Source: Lingula anatina (lineage: Eukaryota; Animalia; Brachiopoda). From it: 64,000 bases of DNA. A program made the translations under genes and the position numbers. The DNA is taken from positions 6,196,587-6,260,586 of the forward strand of contig CM120648.1 of NCBI GenBank assembly GCA_051362555.1, in the 5' to 3' direction. The notes under the pieces are model-generated. The model was not told the DNA's origin. It was given only the letters and a program-made list of their open reading frames with translations, and did not search any database. Positions within the stretch are counted from its first letter, which is position 1. Each line of letters starts with the position of its first letter. This document shows positions 26,201-61,445 of the stretch, in pieces.

Positions 26201-26612
26201 GTAAATGCAATGTTGTTCTGTTGCAATGTAATTTCTAAACATTGCACTGACACTGATAATACAGGCTGGATGGCTATCAGATGTGTGAACTAACTGTGGT
26301 AGGACAGGCGTTTCTATGGCATCAAATCAGGTGTATTGTAGCTGTTCTATTACTGATAGGACAAGGCAAGGAGAGGGTTGAGGTATGATATTCAGTCTCA
26401 ATCGATTACTTAACTTTATTTTTCTTAGTGACATTGTTTCTTTTGCTTTTAAGCAATTAAAATACCTATAGTAATTAAGATGTACAATTTTTAAGTCTTC
26501 TGAGTTTGATATTTGTGAGCTGTATAAGATGTTTTGGAGGGAAACACTGTGGAATCAATATTTTTGTGTGTGTCTGTCTATCTGTCTTCTTGTGTGTTCG
26601 TATCTATGTGTC

Positions 26613-26699
<87 letters not shown>

Positions 26700-29402
26700 C
26701 TGCATGTATACCTGAAATAGTGCATCTGTTTCCCACTCTCCTTCACATTTGTAGAGTCCTTGTTTTACTTTCATAGATCATAGATGAATTACTGGATGTG
26801 GAGAGAAATCCAAGAAAGCCCCAGTATACGATGGCCTCAGGTAAGACGTGATAGATCCATCACTGGTCAGGGAAGTGTATGTGATAAACCCCAGTATAGA
26901 ACACGAACTGGTAGCACTGAAAACTAGTGTGTCTGGCTTATATTGCTGTGGGCAAAGGTTTCTCCAGAGAGCTGTGCAGCTTTCATTTGAGGGCCTATAT
27001 TACTAAAGATGGTCTATATTACTAAAGGTGGCTGGACAGCTTAAAAATTTTTTGGGTTGGTTGGGATAGCTCTGGTTGGGCTACCTGTAAATCACTGACC
27101 AAAATACAAATTCACATTTTGGACCCCCTGAAACCCAATCCCTGGCGAAACCCCTGCCTGTGGATGTAGAAAACATTTAAGACCTTGATTGAACAAGTTA
27201 TAACTGTTTAGCTTCAGTTTTAAATTGCTTTTCAGGTTACAGTTTAGTCTAGTCAAATCAAATAAAAGTTTTAGGGTAACAGTGTTATCTATCTAAGACC
27301 TTTGTTTTTAATGAAAAAAAACTTTAATTAAAAGAAAATGTATGACCTTGTTTAATTTCTTCATTCAGAAATTCCACTTATCCTGTATGACTGTGATTAT
27401 GAAGGATTAAACTGGCATTACGAGACAGGTGAGGGCACAGAGTGGTGGGCTTTAATTGTGCTACACATATTACACAAAACACTCTGTGATATTAACGATA
27501 AACAGTATATCCTTGAACATGTCCCTAAGTCATAATTTCTTTGGCTGCATATCTTGCAAAGCTACTTATTCCTCCCATTTCATATGGTCACCTTAAAAAA
27601 GACGATACACTTTTAATAAAGTACTTGAAGTTGGTATTGCTTTCTTTCTTTTTCAGGGGGGTTGGGGGGTAATTAGACACAAAAATTATATATAGGATAC
27701 CTAAAATATTGACACTATTTAAGTATCTAATTCTGACATGCATTAAAGGTATTGTAACTGAAAGAAACAGTATTTGCTGTCTCTATGTGTCGAATTTAAA
27801 GAAATATGAATGTAGTGAAAAAAATATAATTCAACAGCATGTATTTGAATTGATTCAGAGCTTTTATTTATTTGGGATAATATTTACAAGTAAGTTGCAT
27901 TGAGAGCTGATTATTTTCAAATTGTGAGCAAAATATTTTCCTTCTATTTCCTAAAACAATATTTTGCATGCAGTGACAGACAAAGATGATTGTATGTTTT
28001 AGAAGCGTGAGGGAGTTACATGTCAAAGAGTCTTTATTTGAGAGTAACTGTATATGATGAATTTTGAAAAAAAAAGATGAGAAAAAATGAGATTCTTGGA
28101 ATTGTGAGCTATAAGTCTAGTACGACTTGCTGGGTGAAGATGTCAGGAAAATCATGACACTTATCATCTTTTTGTTTTCTTTCTCAGATTGTCATGAAGA
28201 AACCATAAAACATATGCAAACACTGTGGACTGAACAGACTGTAAAGTTAGTATAGAAACAGCGTGGATTGTGTTATAGGTTATTGAACTCTATGGAAAAA
28301 AAGTAGAGCAGTTGAGCTTTCCAAGGGGGAAGTGCAATGTTGTCAATTAGACTAAATCTTTAATCCAGTAATAAATTTTAAAATATTACTTGCATATGTA
28401 GCCAGTATTGAAATTGTCATAGATTAATTTTATTGTTAGACCAAGTTTTGATTGGATTTTCATATTTCGAAGTACATTACTGACATGTTTTTAAAAAGAT
28501 ATAACTTATTCACTTCAGGCCTTTAGGTACACAGCATATTCAGACAAAATACCACTGAGTCATTAGTAAACACGTAAATAATCAAAATACCAAAATTTTG
28601 TCTTTCTTGTCTTTATCCTTTTTTTTCAAAAGTCTGGTATTTTTATTGAATAAAATTTCCGATTTCTTTGTATTCCTCAGGTCCACAATGTTAAAAAGAA
28701 TGCTAGACTACCTTGAAAAAGTAAAAGTAACAGAATCACAACCAGGTGGCACTGTCAGGGAGCAACCATGGCAACAGTACAAGACAGTCCAGCACCAATG
28801 CTCTAGTCTCGTACCTGGGAATAAACCCCGTACATATAAACCTTTGCTAGAGAGAGAAGTGTGTGGTAAGTTTGACCCACTCCTCTGACATATAAAAATT
28901 TATTTGAATTTTTCTTTTGAAGTAACAAATGCATTGGCTGCCCCTAGTGTAGGGGCACATGCTGTTATAAATAAAAAATCTCTGTCAGTCTTTGATACTT
29001 GAGGAGTACTTTTATTCTCATATTTACATTGAAAATATGAAGCTTTAACTCGTTTGAGAAAATAAGCCTTTTAAGAAAAAATTTAAGATTATTAAAGAAT
29101 TGAATAACTGAATGAATTGTCAAATTTTGATTCTCACAAGCAGCTAATATGATAAATATATTTGCAGTAATAAGGACAATGTAATTAAGTTAATGATTCT
29201 TTAGGAATAACTAAAAGCTATTAATTTTGTACCCCTTTCAGGTGAATAGAAAAAGCAAAATAAATGGATATTTATTTGTTACTGTTTTTGCTTTGTAGAG
29301 AGTTTGGAGGACCGAATCAATCATTATGTGAAGAGGAGGAAAATAGAAATAAAAACTCTCCCAGCAGAGATGGGGGCAGAAGAAAGTGGAGGAGACAGCT
29401 AG
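18961..29402 (+). CDS. PUS3: tRNA pseudouridine(38/39) synthase (TruA family), ~14 exons
   Basis: Spliced exons give RPFDFTKYNTRHVALKIAYLGWDYHGFAVQE, catalytic RCGRTDKGVSALGQ (~21341-21380), IRYVHILNKVLP, FSARFSCLQRTYKYMFP, GEHDYRNLCKMDVGNG, GQAFLWHQIRCIVAVL, PRKPQYTMASEIPLILYDC and SLEDRINHYVKRRKI. ATG at 18961, TAG at 29400-29402. Confidence 0.95.
19162..19255. mobile_element. 94-bp hairpin mini-element with 9-bp TSD (Mutator-like)
   Basis: 41-bp arms TTGCCTCAGTTTTCGGCCTTACAAGCTCACGGTACCCTTAC with 1 mismatch, 12-nt loop, GTCAGGAAC repeated at 19153-19161 and 19256-19264. Confidence 0.8.
19695..20203. mobile_element. GC-rich MITE with TTAA TSD (Kolobok-like GG...CC termini)
   Basis: TTAA-GGGGCCCGCACACGATGAGCATTTGGCGTGCGCCACTTGCGCTG ... 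CAGCGCAAGTGGCGCGCGCCGAATGCTCACCATGTGCGGGCCCC-TTAA. Confidence 0.8.
22600..22660. repeat. (AT)n microsatellite
   Basis: Pure AT dinucleotide run. Confidence 0.95.
23551..26181 (+). mobile_element. Full-length Helentron/HINE-like non-autonomous element in a PUS3 intron
   Basis: 5' TT + subTIR ATTGTACCACCAGC (23553-23566) with overlapping hairpin CCAGCG..CGCTGG and a TCCGCCGGC microsatellite. 3' subTIR GCTGGTGGTACAAT (26133-26146), stem-loop GAGGCG-GTAT-CGCCTC and a CTAGT end. Central satellite array. Confidence 0.8.
24495..25975. repeat. 146-bp tandem repeat, ~10 copies, inside the HINE
   Basis: Unit TATCTCCAAAACTGGCAGAGATAGGTCCATAGTTACTATTGAACTTGAATAGGAAGTCATATACTGGCAATC...TGACCTTTGACCTAC recurs every 146 bp (ORF-track offset 24807->24953). 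Confidence 0.95.
26633..26697. repeat. (TG)n microsatellite preceded by poly-T
   Basis: Pure TG run. Confidence 0.95.
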
Positions 29403-30536
29403 TCAAGGTGGAGAACCTAGGGAGTTTGTTTGAGACGATTTTTATGTTCTAAGAAATGATCAAAAGTAAAGACAATGACAGAAATTTTAAAACAGAAAAC
29501 AATTACTTTAATTTTCAACAATTCTGCAGTTGGAAAAGATTTAGATCCTTTTGCTGGGGTATTTTCTGTCAATGTCTCTATGTATTGGTGCTTTTAGTTC
29601 TATCCAGGTAGTGTTTTTTCTTCAAGCAATGAAAGGTTTTCAGGAATGTCAAGCACCGTGAAGCACATTTTAAGTTTTATTTTTCAGTAAAGCATTATTA
29701 GAATTTGTAAAAAATTAACAATTTATCTGGGAATATTATTAAAGAGAAATCAACTAGCAAACAAATGAGTAAGACAATATATAAGATCATTTTATTTAAG
29801 GCTTAAATTTGTCTTATACAAACTGTAATTTTAACTACAAGTTACTCAGTAATGGTTTTACAAAATGTTAATATTGAAAGACAGAGGTTTTGTCAAGTGA
29901 CTTTTAGTGAGAAACATTTAACTTTAGGAAGCAAACTCTTTACTGCCCCCCTCCCTCCTATACCATGCACCTTTATTTAATCCCAATCTATTAAGTTAAT
30001 TTTCTATGCCTTTAGTGACCTTAACATTAGTCTGTTTTACCTAAGCTTTAAAAGCAAGAATAAAAATTTTTACTTTCTAGAACCTTTTCAAGCCCATATT
30101 GAATACAGACTGATACATGAAATATTGCTAGTGACTGAAGTACATTTTTAAGTGCATTAAAATAGCATTTAGGTTTATATCAAAGTGATTAAATATAAGA
30201 TTTAATATATAAGTGTGTGGTTTTTTATGTCCTACAATGCTATGTATAAAATATCACAATATCTTTGAATGCGGAATGTTTTATATCATTAAAACAGAAA
30301 TATCTCAATTACTTGAATAATATTAAAATATGATAAAGAATTTTCTAGAGTCTACATGAAAGTAACAGAAATATACTGTTTCTAGATAGCATATCACATA
30401 ATATCAGTAATGAAACAGCTATTTCAAAACAGGGATAATATCAATATGTACTACATTTAAAAAAGCCATGTACAAAAATATACTTTGGGCTGACAAGTTA
30501 TATCAACAAACTTTACTAATGATTGCATAACAAGTT

Positions 30537-52153
<21,617 letters not shown>

Positions 52154-55100
52154 ACTGCGTGCTATCGCCATTGTATATAAAATTTCTATATAAATACAAT
52201 TGTACTAATTCTAAATGCTCATGCGACGAAGCTAGCAATGTGGCTTCTCGTTGTCGCTCTATCGATTATTTTTTCTTCTATTTATGTCTTGTTATAGAGG
52301 CAGATATGCGACAACACCCTATTGCATGTAACTGGCACCTGGGTGTGATATTAAATGAAAAGCCAGTTAGTTTTTGAGCTCGCTGATAAAGTCACTGTTT
52401 TGGTGGGGATTTTTTTAAAGGTTGTCACTGTCGTTTCCTGACTATTGTCACTCCTTTCCTGAGAGTTACCAGTAACGTATTTCAAACTAGGAGTATTTGT
52501 TTCACCACTGTTTCTCGGGTTTCTTAGTATTGTGCCTTTGATTTTAAGCTTTTTAAAGATTGCTTTTCTTATTTAAAGCTGCATCACTTTAGCATCTATC
52601 AGCCGATGTGTACGTGTATCTTTCCTGCGTTGACATCACACGACTGTTCCAAAGACCTGTCGGATTATGTCTTTCTGTATTCTTTCAAACGATATGGAGG
52701 TTCTCTGTTCACTTGGCCTTCTCCGTGGCATCAATATTGTTTCGTGTACCAGCACCAGATATCCGTAAGAAATGAGACCACCCGCTGTCTCTTTTTCTTC
52801 AAGACCCCGTGCAGTCGTGTCGGTGGTGGGAATGTACTCGGTAAATGCAGCGTCTTATATTAAACCACGCTATTTTTGATGGAGTGTTTGCTCAGGTCTC
52901 TCCTCTGTATATGGTACATGTATGCTTAAGTGAAGCCGGCGAACGGTCAAATATGTTACTGCATCTTGGCGTATACCTGTCAATACATCTATTTCAACCG
53001 TGACCCTGGTGGGTAAATACTTCTGAAGCTCTCGTTAGGAACACGCGCTCACACACCTTGACAGTCGCATATATGCAATAATGTATCCGTTAAACAGGTA
53101 TCACGTTGTCGTAACCAAACACATGATGTTTATTTGTGTTTAACAAAGTCTGAATTAAGTGTTCCAACAATAGCTGGACCAACGCCGACTCTCCCTTCAG
53201 GTTCAGCTTAGTAAATTCCCCGGTGTTTGTATGCTGTCCTCACCTGGGCTTCTCAATGTTAATATACTCGTCGCTCACTTCACTCATATATGTCTAAATA
53301 TAAATATAAATATATATACATGTCGCAAGGAACGTCGCTTCACCAGCTATTGTATTTCGTCTTTTGTTCATGCCCGGCTTATGTAAAGTACGTGCGATTG
53401 ATTCTGCGAGTGCGTCATCGTGACGTTGCGATTCAGCTTGTCCGTCGTCCTGCGAAATCGTGACTGAGCCACACCCATGTGTGTGCACGCTGGCTCTAGT
53501 ACTGCGAACGCTGACTCTGTGTGTCAAGGTTGGACTCCAGGGTAAATAGTAGGGGTCGTGTATTGAAAAAATACTGGAATCAATACAATATCAAAAACTT
53601 AAGGGAGAGGGTGAGGGAGGGAGGTTGGCGGCTTCCCGCCGATGACGGGACTGGATAATTTAGTAATAATGGTAATATTGTAGGCCTACACCAGTTTATC
53701 AGACGAAGAATGGGGCAATAATAGGAACAGCAGGGCCTTAAATGATAAACATGAAGGACAGGGAGACGGGAACAAGGCTGTTAGATATTCTTTTATATTA
53801 TAAGGTAATCACAGGAAGAGAGGATCAGCGCCGATGATTAATATGGGTACGGAGTCCCTGAACACCGGACTCGGAATTGCCAATTCTCTCACTGCAAAGA
53901 ACAACATACGGCCAACATAAAAGCTATATCTTCTGTCTAATTCAGAATCAGACCTTTTTAATCATTCCGTTTGGGTTATAGAAATATATGAGGACCTTTT
54001 GTCAATAATATTTCCCTCCCGCTCTCCCTTACAAATATTGTACAAACTGGATACGACAATAATAACAATAGTAAAGGTTTACTGTGGGGCATTCATGTTC
54101 ATTGGCCCTATTGTAGTGATTGAACTAATTCCGTGACAATATGGAATGCTTTAGTGTGTATGTCAACACAATTTTTTTATGAAAATGATCTCAGACAACT
54201 TTTTGGGGAAATGATGACATTTCATGGTACTGAAGTTGGACATAGCGAGTATTATATATTCGAGAACAAAACGCCACCAGTTGCATGCACATTTGTTGTA
54301 TTGATGTCTTATGACTCAAATCGACTGACTGTAGAATTTCGGGTCACTAGTGTCGACATAATTAAAGACGTCGACCGAGTTCCCACGGAATTTTTAGTGC
54401 TAACTAGCTTACACATCATTTTCACATTTATTATTGTTTATTTCAATTACTTATCAAACGCACTTTGATCATAAGTTTTTTTTTTTTTTGTGATTCATTT
54501 TAGTAAGTTATATATATTATAATCACATATTATATTTAGTTTCAAGCTTGATAAATCGTCTCATTTTCCTAAAACGTGATGGACTAGTAATCTCGCGTGA
54601 GATCTCGTGAGATCTAAGGTGGCTGGAAAGGAGGAAGATAATCTTATATCATCATTGAGGACATCATCTTATGTAATAATATTGGAAAGTTGCTATTTTT
54701 TACGGATGGCTCAATTGAGCGAAGGACATTATATATTCCGTTCATTTCACACAGAGAACGATTATAAACACGAAGAATATTATGCATTGATATTAAAAAA
54801 AAATCATTTTACAATTTTTATTAACTTCTTATGTGGTAGGCCTAATTTAATATATGATTAAGCAAAGATTATATAATTTCGTCTTTGCACAACAATTTGA
54901 AATATTAAAGATGATTAGATCATTTCCGATAACATATCTGTTAATATACCCATTTAATTCCAATTAAGAATCATGCTTTTTTCATTAATGAAATCCATTG
55001 TTCCAGATCATGCCCACAACTCAATGGAAACATTGGCTACGTAATTCTAATTAAGCTTCCACACCACAGAACAGCTGCTGCAATGTGGATGTGTTTAAAC

Positions 55101-55420
55101 GCAGATTTAAATACCCAGTGCGTTATTTTGCTTTTGTTTCTTAATTTTCACGGGGAAAGTCACGTAAACAATAGTCAACATTGATTTCACCTTTTTTAAC
55201 TGTCTCGGTATCTGAGGTATTTGCAGGCTCTCAGATATAAATTAAAATGTAAGTTATTCTTTTCCCCTTTTTCTTCCTTTTTAAAATTTTTTCTTAGTTT
55301 CAATCCAGGTCTATTTGACAAATCAAGATGTTTACCTAAAAATTACACAGATTGCTTTGCATTTACCATGTAGGGAATAAATTTAAAAATAGGCCTATAT
55401 GTAATAAAGGCCTATTATAA

Positions 55421-55451
<31 letters not shown>

Positions 55452-55923
55452 ATACAATTATCTAATCCTTTGCTATTTGTAGTATTTTTCCCCAGATTTT
55501 AGCAGATTTTCAGGAACGGAAAGGGCTTGTCAGTGATTAAGACATTCAATCAAGGAAGGGGAGCGGTTCGATGCCTTTCACCGATCACGTACCCACTTCC
55601 TGAAACACCGCTCTTTTGATTTTGGAGGCAATATATCATTGTACTTGTACAAACGTAATTGTAAATGAAATATGATGTTAATTTGACTAGAATGAAATAA
55701 TATTGGAATTTTATGCATGGATTCAACCGCAGTGATATTAGATAAAGTTATCACATGAGCTCAACATCTGATTATGATTTTTGATGCTTACTCAAAACGG
55801 TAAAACATTAAACTTAGTATTTGGACTATCTTGCAAAACATCATCCCATCACCGCTGCATGCCAAGTATAAATGAGGTCGTACTGTTTGAAGGTCAAAAC
55901 ATTTGATCTTCCCATTCAATGAA

Positions 55924-58900
55924 ATGGCTTCGGTGTTGAAAAACGTAGCTAGGCTATGCACGAGGACAGTTAGCGAGCAGTTAAAACCAGGAATCGTTTC
56001 AGCTTCAAGATGTTTTCATCTGTATTCCCCAGAACCTTTTCATCCGATTCCAGATAAAACTCCCAAATGGATGTCGGCGGAAGAAGCCGTAGCAGTTGTA
56101 AGATCGGGTAAGTGTCGCTAACATGTGTCATTGATAAGTGTCATTGGCATGTCAGAGTGCTTGTTCGTAATGTGTGGTTTATGTATTGGATTTGTACTGC
56201 GATGCTATATCCAATTATGGTTATAGCAGCGCATTTTTCTCGTATTTAATGCTTAACCTTTACCAATATTTTATTTTACTCTTTTGAGTTTTTGTCATTA
56301 ACTGTGTTGAAATTCTGTCTTCACCGGTCATTGGGGTACCGGTTTTCTTTTAACTTTATTAGAAATACTCAGTAAGTTATAAAACATCTTCTACTGCTCA
56401 ATTAAAATGTTGATTTCTTCTTTGAATATCACTTCAATATATACAGTTAAAGGGCCTTGTGAAAATCAAGGATTTAAAATCAATTCTTTGATCCTTTAGA
56501 TATTTGTTTGATTAAGTTCATAATAAAAAAATGTTAATATCCAGCATGTAATTTGGTGAAATATGAGAGAAGGTTTAGAGAAAATGAAAGCTAAAAATAA
56601 AAATGAAAACTGAAGCTTGCGTTCATTCGTTCGAACTCCGAACAACAGATCTGACTTGAATACAGTCCAGCCAGAAGCTCAAAAAATTACTCATTTGGAC
56701 TACAGATTAAGGCTGTTCAGAGCCAAATGTATAGACAATGATTGAATTCAATGGACAATTAGAATTCGAGGCAACTTTCTCAGGTACATTGCTGATCTCC
56801 ACTGCAGTCTGGTTTTCTGGCGAGGTCAGCTGGACTATTTCCAGTTACAGTTTCACTTTTTTTTTTTTGAGCACACCTTGATTGGAGCTAGATGTACTGT
56901 TAAAGACAGAATTAACGGACAAGATACCTGTATGTGGCCAGAATCTGTTTCGTTTCTGCATATTCCCTAACATTTGAAGGGAAAGGTCATATGTCCATGG
57001 AGCAGTATTCACTGAGTTGGCAAATCTGTATCAGTACAACTGATATTTCCTCTCAGCCCTTAAAATCAATATTGGTATGGTTGTAACAGAAGAAACTGCC
57101 CACGTCCTGATTCAGTTTTCAAAATAGGAGTGTGCATATTATGAATATAATCCCCCACTATTGTACAGGGCCTTGTATATGGCTTATGTTTAGGGCTGGA
57201 CCATTTTATTTTTAGTAGGTGACCTTTTATCAATCAATGTAGACTGTTTCAGTTGATCTACATGTAGATCAAAGTTTGATGCAAATTGGACCCTTTCCAA
57301 ACCAGTAATATGGTCCATTTGGACCACCTAAAACCCTTGACCTATATGCTGTTTTTTTTGTTTTTTTTTTTTTTTTTTTTTTGGGGGGGGGGGGGTCTTA
57401 GGTCAGTTTTTCCTGCTATTTGGTTAGGGAAGATACACTTTGTATGAATCTAATAATAAATCAACTCGTGTTTTAAAAAACTTCCATACAGCATATGTAA
57501 TTATTTTTATGTTTAAATTATACAGACGGATTGTTTTTCTCATGTGGAAAATGTTAAATTTCAGGTATGAAGGTATTTGTCCATGGAGGGGCCGCTACGC
57601 CCATCCCCCTGGTGGATGCTCTGGCTCAGCATGGTAAAGATGCTGACTTAACTGGTATAGAAGTCATGCATATACACACAGAGGGACCAGCTACTTATGT
57701 GAAACCAGAATATGAAGGTCAGGAAAAATGCATTTTATTTTCAGTTTTGTTTTTTCTTGGTGTTTTTCCACCTTAAGCAGCCCCCAGACCCCCCAGTCAT
57801 AATTAATTACGACCAAATCACTATTCTTTTCTATCTCATCTTTTATAACCCCAAATCCTGTCTGTGTTTTAGGTAATAAGGTTTTTTTAGTGAATGAAGA
57901 GTTTTTTAGATGGCTAAGGCTATGACTAAGGCTCTATTCCCAGAGCTTTTAGATCGATCTAAAGTAGATCGATCTAATCTCTGGAAATGGGGTGTAATTA
58001 TGCACAAGAGGTATTAATAAATAATTTTTATAAAATTTGAGCAAGAAATCATGTGGTAATTGTGCAGAGAGAAAGAGAGAGAGAGGGCTTAGCATGTCTC
58101 TTTACCTGTGAGACTTGGTCTTTTCATATATGTCTAAGAAATATTGCATGTCTAAGTTCATTTTCATAATTTTAATGTCTGTCTGTCGTGCTTTCTCACT
58201 GAAAGGTGATAAAGCTAATATGAAATCATTACTTCCTGGTGGGATCAATATCTGAAGAAAGTGTTGCATACCAGACCAGTCTGATGTGGCAGATTCTAGA
58301 AAAATATTTGCCATGATCTGACTCTGTCAGGGCTTTTCCCAGGACTGGGGCTACAGGCCGTCCAAAGTTATCACCTGTTATGTCCTACACAATTTCCAGG
58401 AGTCCAAGCCATCATTTTTTCAAAATAACTCATGATCTTTCCAGCCTTCTTTGAAAATATTGGCTGTCTGGGGATGCCAGCGGCTGTCCAAATGATGGCT
58501 GGAGGGTTCACTGGGAAAATCCTTGGGTTCTGTGTACTTGGGATTGGGTGGACACTCACCTCTTTCTAGAACTCAGGTTGGGTTTGTGTGACTGAAACAG
58601 AATCATTTGAAAATGGTGTGTGTGTGTGTGGGGGGGGGGGAGTTTTTATACAATTTATTACAGAAAACTGCTGAAATAATTGGATTTTTTAAGTTATTTG
58701 AAAAAAGATCTTCAGTGGATTGTTCAGTCTGAAAATGATTTTTTGTTGATTAATATACAGTATTAATTGGCTTGTAAGAAATATAAAATTCAAAGAGAGA
58801 GAGAGAGAGACAGAGAGGGTTCAATATGCACAGTATTTAGTATTTTACTATGTAGTGTTGCAGCTCTAGAATGCATGTTATCTAACATTTGCCCTTTATA

Positions 58901-61411
58901 TTACCACAACATTCAGTTTGATTAATGAACATCAGTAGTAGCTTTAAGGATATGGGCCAACTTTACCTATCCACAATTAGTTTGCAAAGATTTATTAACC
59001 AAAGATTTGTTCAGTGGTGAGTGTCTATACTGGTTTGCATTGACATAAAGAATTAAATGAGGAAATAATTAGTGGGCATTATCTTATGTCCCCATTATGT
59101 TGACTTGGGTGAAATTTTGGTGGAAACAAAATTCTCAGCTTTATTAAAAAAATCACCACCCTTTTTTTTAAATGCATCAGCTTGGTGTATACTCTTTGAC
59201 ATAAAATAACAATAATATGTATGTAGCCTTCCAGGCTCTGTATATTTCTCCTTTTGAGTCATTTTGGCAAATGTTCTAATTGTTATGTGAGCAAGAGCTT
59301 TTCTCAATTGCACACGAAGGCACATGTGAAAATCCATTAACCTTTTCTGACTGAGTTAACATAAATGCCATTATTATGCACAGTATTCATGAAGTAAGTT
59401 ACAAGAGAGATCAATTTCATCCATTGGTATGAAGTATTCAGAGTTTAATTAACACATATATGTGAAAATTGTTGTTTATGCATCTTGTTATTTAACCTGT
59501 ATGTCCTGATAGATTATTATTTGCCATATTAAATCGTTTTTTCTTTCTACTATTATGTAATCAAACGGTAGCATAAGCAGCATAGACAGCCAACAGCTAT
59601 TATATGGGACATTATGAGCAGTGCTGAATACATTATTTTATTATAGGTATATTCAGATGCAACTCATTTTTCATTGGTGCCAACTGTCGAGAGGCGATCA
59701 ATTCTGGACGAGCAGACTTTGTCCCCATTTTCCTGAGTGAGATTCCTTTGCTATTCCGCCGCAATTTAATCACACCAGATGTTGCCCTGATCTCCGTCAG
59801 CTCACCTGATCAGCATGGTTTTTGTACGCTGGGTCCCAGTGTGGACTGTTCAAGAGCTGCCATTCAGAATGCCAGGTATATTGTAGGTAAGTCCCAGGGG
59901 ATACAGGGGGGGGGGGAAGGGGGAGGGGTTTGTGAAAGGAGGGCATAGTGATATGCTCAATCCTTGCCACCTTAAATTTTCGCCTATTATAAATAAAAAA
60001 GCTTTTTTAAATCAAAAACAAGAATATGAACTCGAAAACATTTTCAGAACAGAAATTTTGTTCCGAAAGTTTTTATTTTTTATTTGAAAAACATCCAACA
60101 TAATTTGAAAATTGCCTTTTTTCTTTCTCAGGTCTAGTGAACCCCAACATGCCACGTACATTTGGTGACGGGATGGTCCATCTGTCCCACTTTGACGCTG
60201 TCGTCCAAGGAGATCTTCCTCTGCCACAGATGAAACATGGTGTCCCTACTGAAGTAGAAAAACAAATTGGTCGCATCATTGCTACCAACTTGATCCAAGA
60301 TGGGGCCACTCTGCAAATGGGTAAGATTGCGTTACATGAAACACGTTGTGTTGAGATTGCTTCATTGCATTAGTTGAGAACTCTTAGACATCTTGAGAAT
60401 TTCATATTGTGTTAGTTGAGACTGGTGCAGATTTGTGATATTTAAGATGTGCTAGGTTGATATTTAAAAATTGTGTTAGGGTGTTTCGTTATTGTGATAG
60501 TTGAGGTGTTGGTGGTGATGTATTAAGACTTGGATTTGCATAGAAGCTTCGTCATATGCAACAAAATGTTTTAACTACTAGTAGCTATAATATAGATTTA
60601 TACCTGTCATTGGGTTATTTAAGTATTGATTCAATAGGCATTAATTCTAAATGTTGTGTGAAATTATAAGAAAAGATGACAGAAATGTTTTATACTGGAT
60701 AAAGGATATAGAATTCCATGTATACATCTCTTTCTTTTCCTATTCTCTACAGTAAATCAAATGTAGTATTTTTTTTATCTTTGGTTTGGGTATACTTGTA
60801 TGATAATTTTGTTTACTCTATCTATTGTTTTGGTTTTTGTGGTTTTGGTCTTTTTCTCCTTTTTCTTAATACTTACACTCTTCCAAAGGGTATCATCTTC
60901 ATTGTAAGTTAATAATCCATTCGTATTTAAATATCACTCGGTGTTGTTTCATTCAAATATATATCTATATTTATTAATCAGTGTAAAAGCATGTTCAGTA
61001 TAATTTTCAATTATTTCTTTTTTAAACCCCTAGTTTCTTGGTGTATTACTAGTAGAAAGTTTTCCTCTAAAAAGCTGTGTATGATAATTTTGCCGTCCTT
61101 CATTGAAACAGTGGTGAAAATGTTTGTGAAAATTTTTGTGGTGGAAAAGATCTCAGAAATTCTGGGTGTTGTTGTTATGTGGCTTTCAAACTTGTCTGGC
61201 ACATTCATGTTTGTTATTGTAGACACCAGGCTCATAGGAAGAGGGATTTTAAGGGGGGCGGGGTTGGGGGATCTCGGAGGAGGGGGGAGGAGATGGAAGT
61301 AATAAACTTTTGGTCAGGAAAAGATAAAGTTTTAATCAAAATTAATCTGGGCTCCAGTTGGAAATCACCTAAGGTCCACTTTTTCAGAAATGACCCCTCC
61401 CCCCCACCCCC

Positions 61412-61445
<34 letters not shown>

